Below are positions 63,789 through 64,000 of a stretch of DNA of 64,000 nt, in pieces. The position numbers were made by a program, and so were the translations under genes. The stretch is from a virus (Duplodnaviria > Caudoviricetes), in the IMG/VR virus record IMGVR_UViG_2681813214_000004, positions 8,537 through 72,536 of that record; one strand, 5' to 3'. Under the pieces are notes generated by a model. That model did not search any database. It had not been told where the DNA came from and was given only the letters and a program-made list of their open reading frames with translations. Within the stretch, counting starts at the first letter, position 1. Every line of letters begins with the position of its first letter.

Positions 63789-64000
63789 TATTGCCACCCG
63801 TAGTGTTTCGCCACCATCTCCCACTCCTTGGAACCAGGAAGAATCTCTTCAAGTTTCAAATACTTCTCTAAGTCATCGAGTGTCGTATCACCCATGTCGG
63901 TGTCTGCATCTAGGTTGTGCATCCACCACAACTCTTCGTTGGTGTCGTTGATCCATTCACCGGGTTGGATAGGGGAACCTACCCAGTAGGGGTGCATCAT
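63788..64000 (-). CDS. Hypothetical protein, possibly truncated by the window end
   Basis: Open reading frame reaching the window edge. Confidence 0.5.
   Translation of the reverse strand: MMHPYWVGSPIQPGEWINDTNEELWWMHNLDADTDMGDTTLDDLEKYLKLEEILPGSKEWEMVAKHYGWQ

Larger units (their letters stand above)
1..64000. mobile_element. Mycobacterial siphovirus genome (prophage or permuted phage contig), ends not in window
   Basis: Complete terminase-portal-capsid-tail-TMP-lysin A/B module plus phage replication genes; Lsr2, WhiB and DUF732 indicate a mycobacterial host; no host housekeeping genes seen. Confidence 0.95.

Noticed and set aside
1-64000. Integrase, repressor, att sites, reverse transcriptase/DGR or self-splicing introns
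   Set aside because: No tyrosine or serine recombinase, YxDD reverse transcriptase motif, TR/VR pair or intron core was recognised in the window

Overview
The whole window is one mycobacterial siphovirus genome, either a prophage or a permuted phage contig. Host assignment rests on WhiB proteins, Lsr2, DUF732, lysin B and a near host-type SSB. No integrase, repressor or att site is visible; they probably lie outside the window. Layout: (1) 1-20.6 kb, rightward recombination, replication and accessory genes (Rad52/22 annealase, DnaB, Pnkp, RusA, two WhiB-like, SSB, OB-fused RNA ligase, ClpP-like protease, exonuclease, several HNH, a frameshifted toxin-antitoxin pair). (2) 20.6-21.2 kb, an RNA locus with a ~260 nt highly structured non-coding segment ending in ACCA, tRNA-Asn, two tRNA halves in permuted order and tRNA-His. 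(3) 21.2-24.9 kb, a leftward island of small genes with its own promoter, followed by a CA-rich probable genome-end region. (4) 25.9-55.7 kb, terminase, head, tail (with a -1 frameshift chaperone) and lysis genes. (5) 55.7-64 kb, a leftward array of small modular genes, DUF732 and Lsr2. The most notable observation is two miniaturised paralogues of the phage's own virion-assembly proteins: a P-domain-only major capsid homologue (10590-11081) and a catalytically dead terminase ATPase fragment (25905-26228). Both could be anti-defence decoys or assembly inhibitors, which is inference. All alignments and RNA folds were done by eye; no database searches were run.
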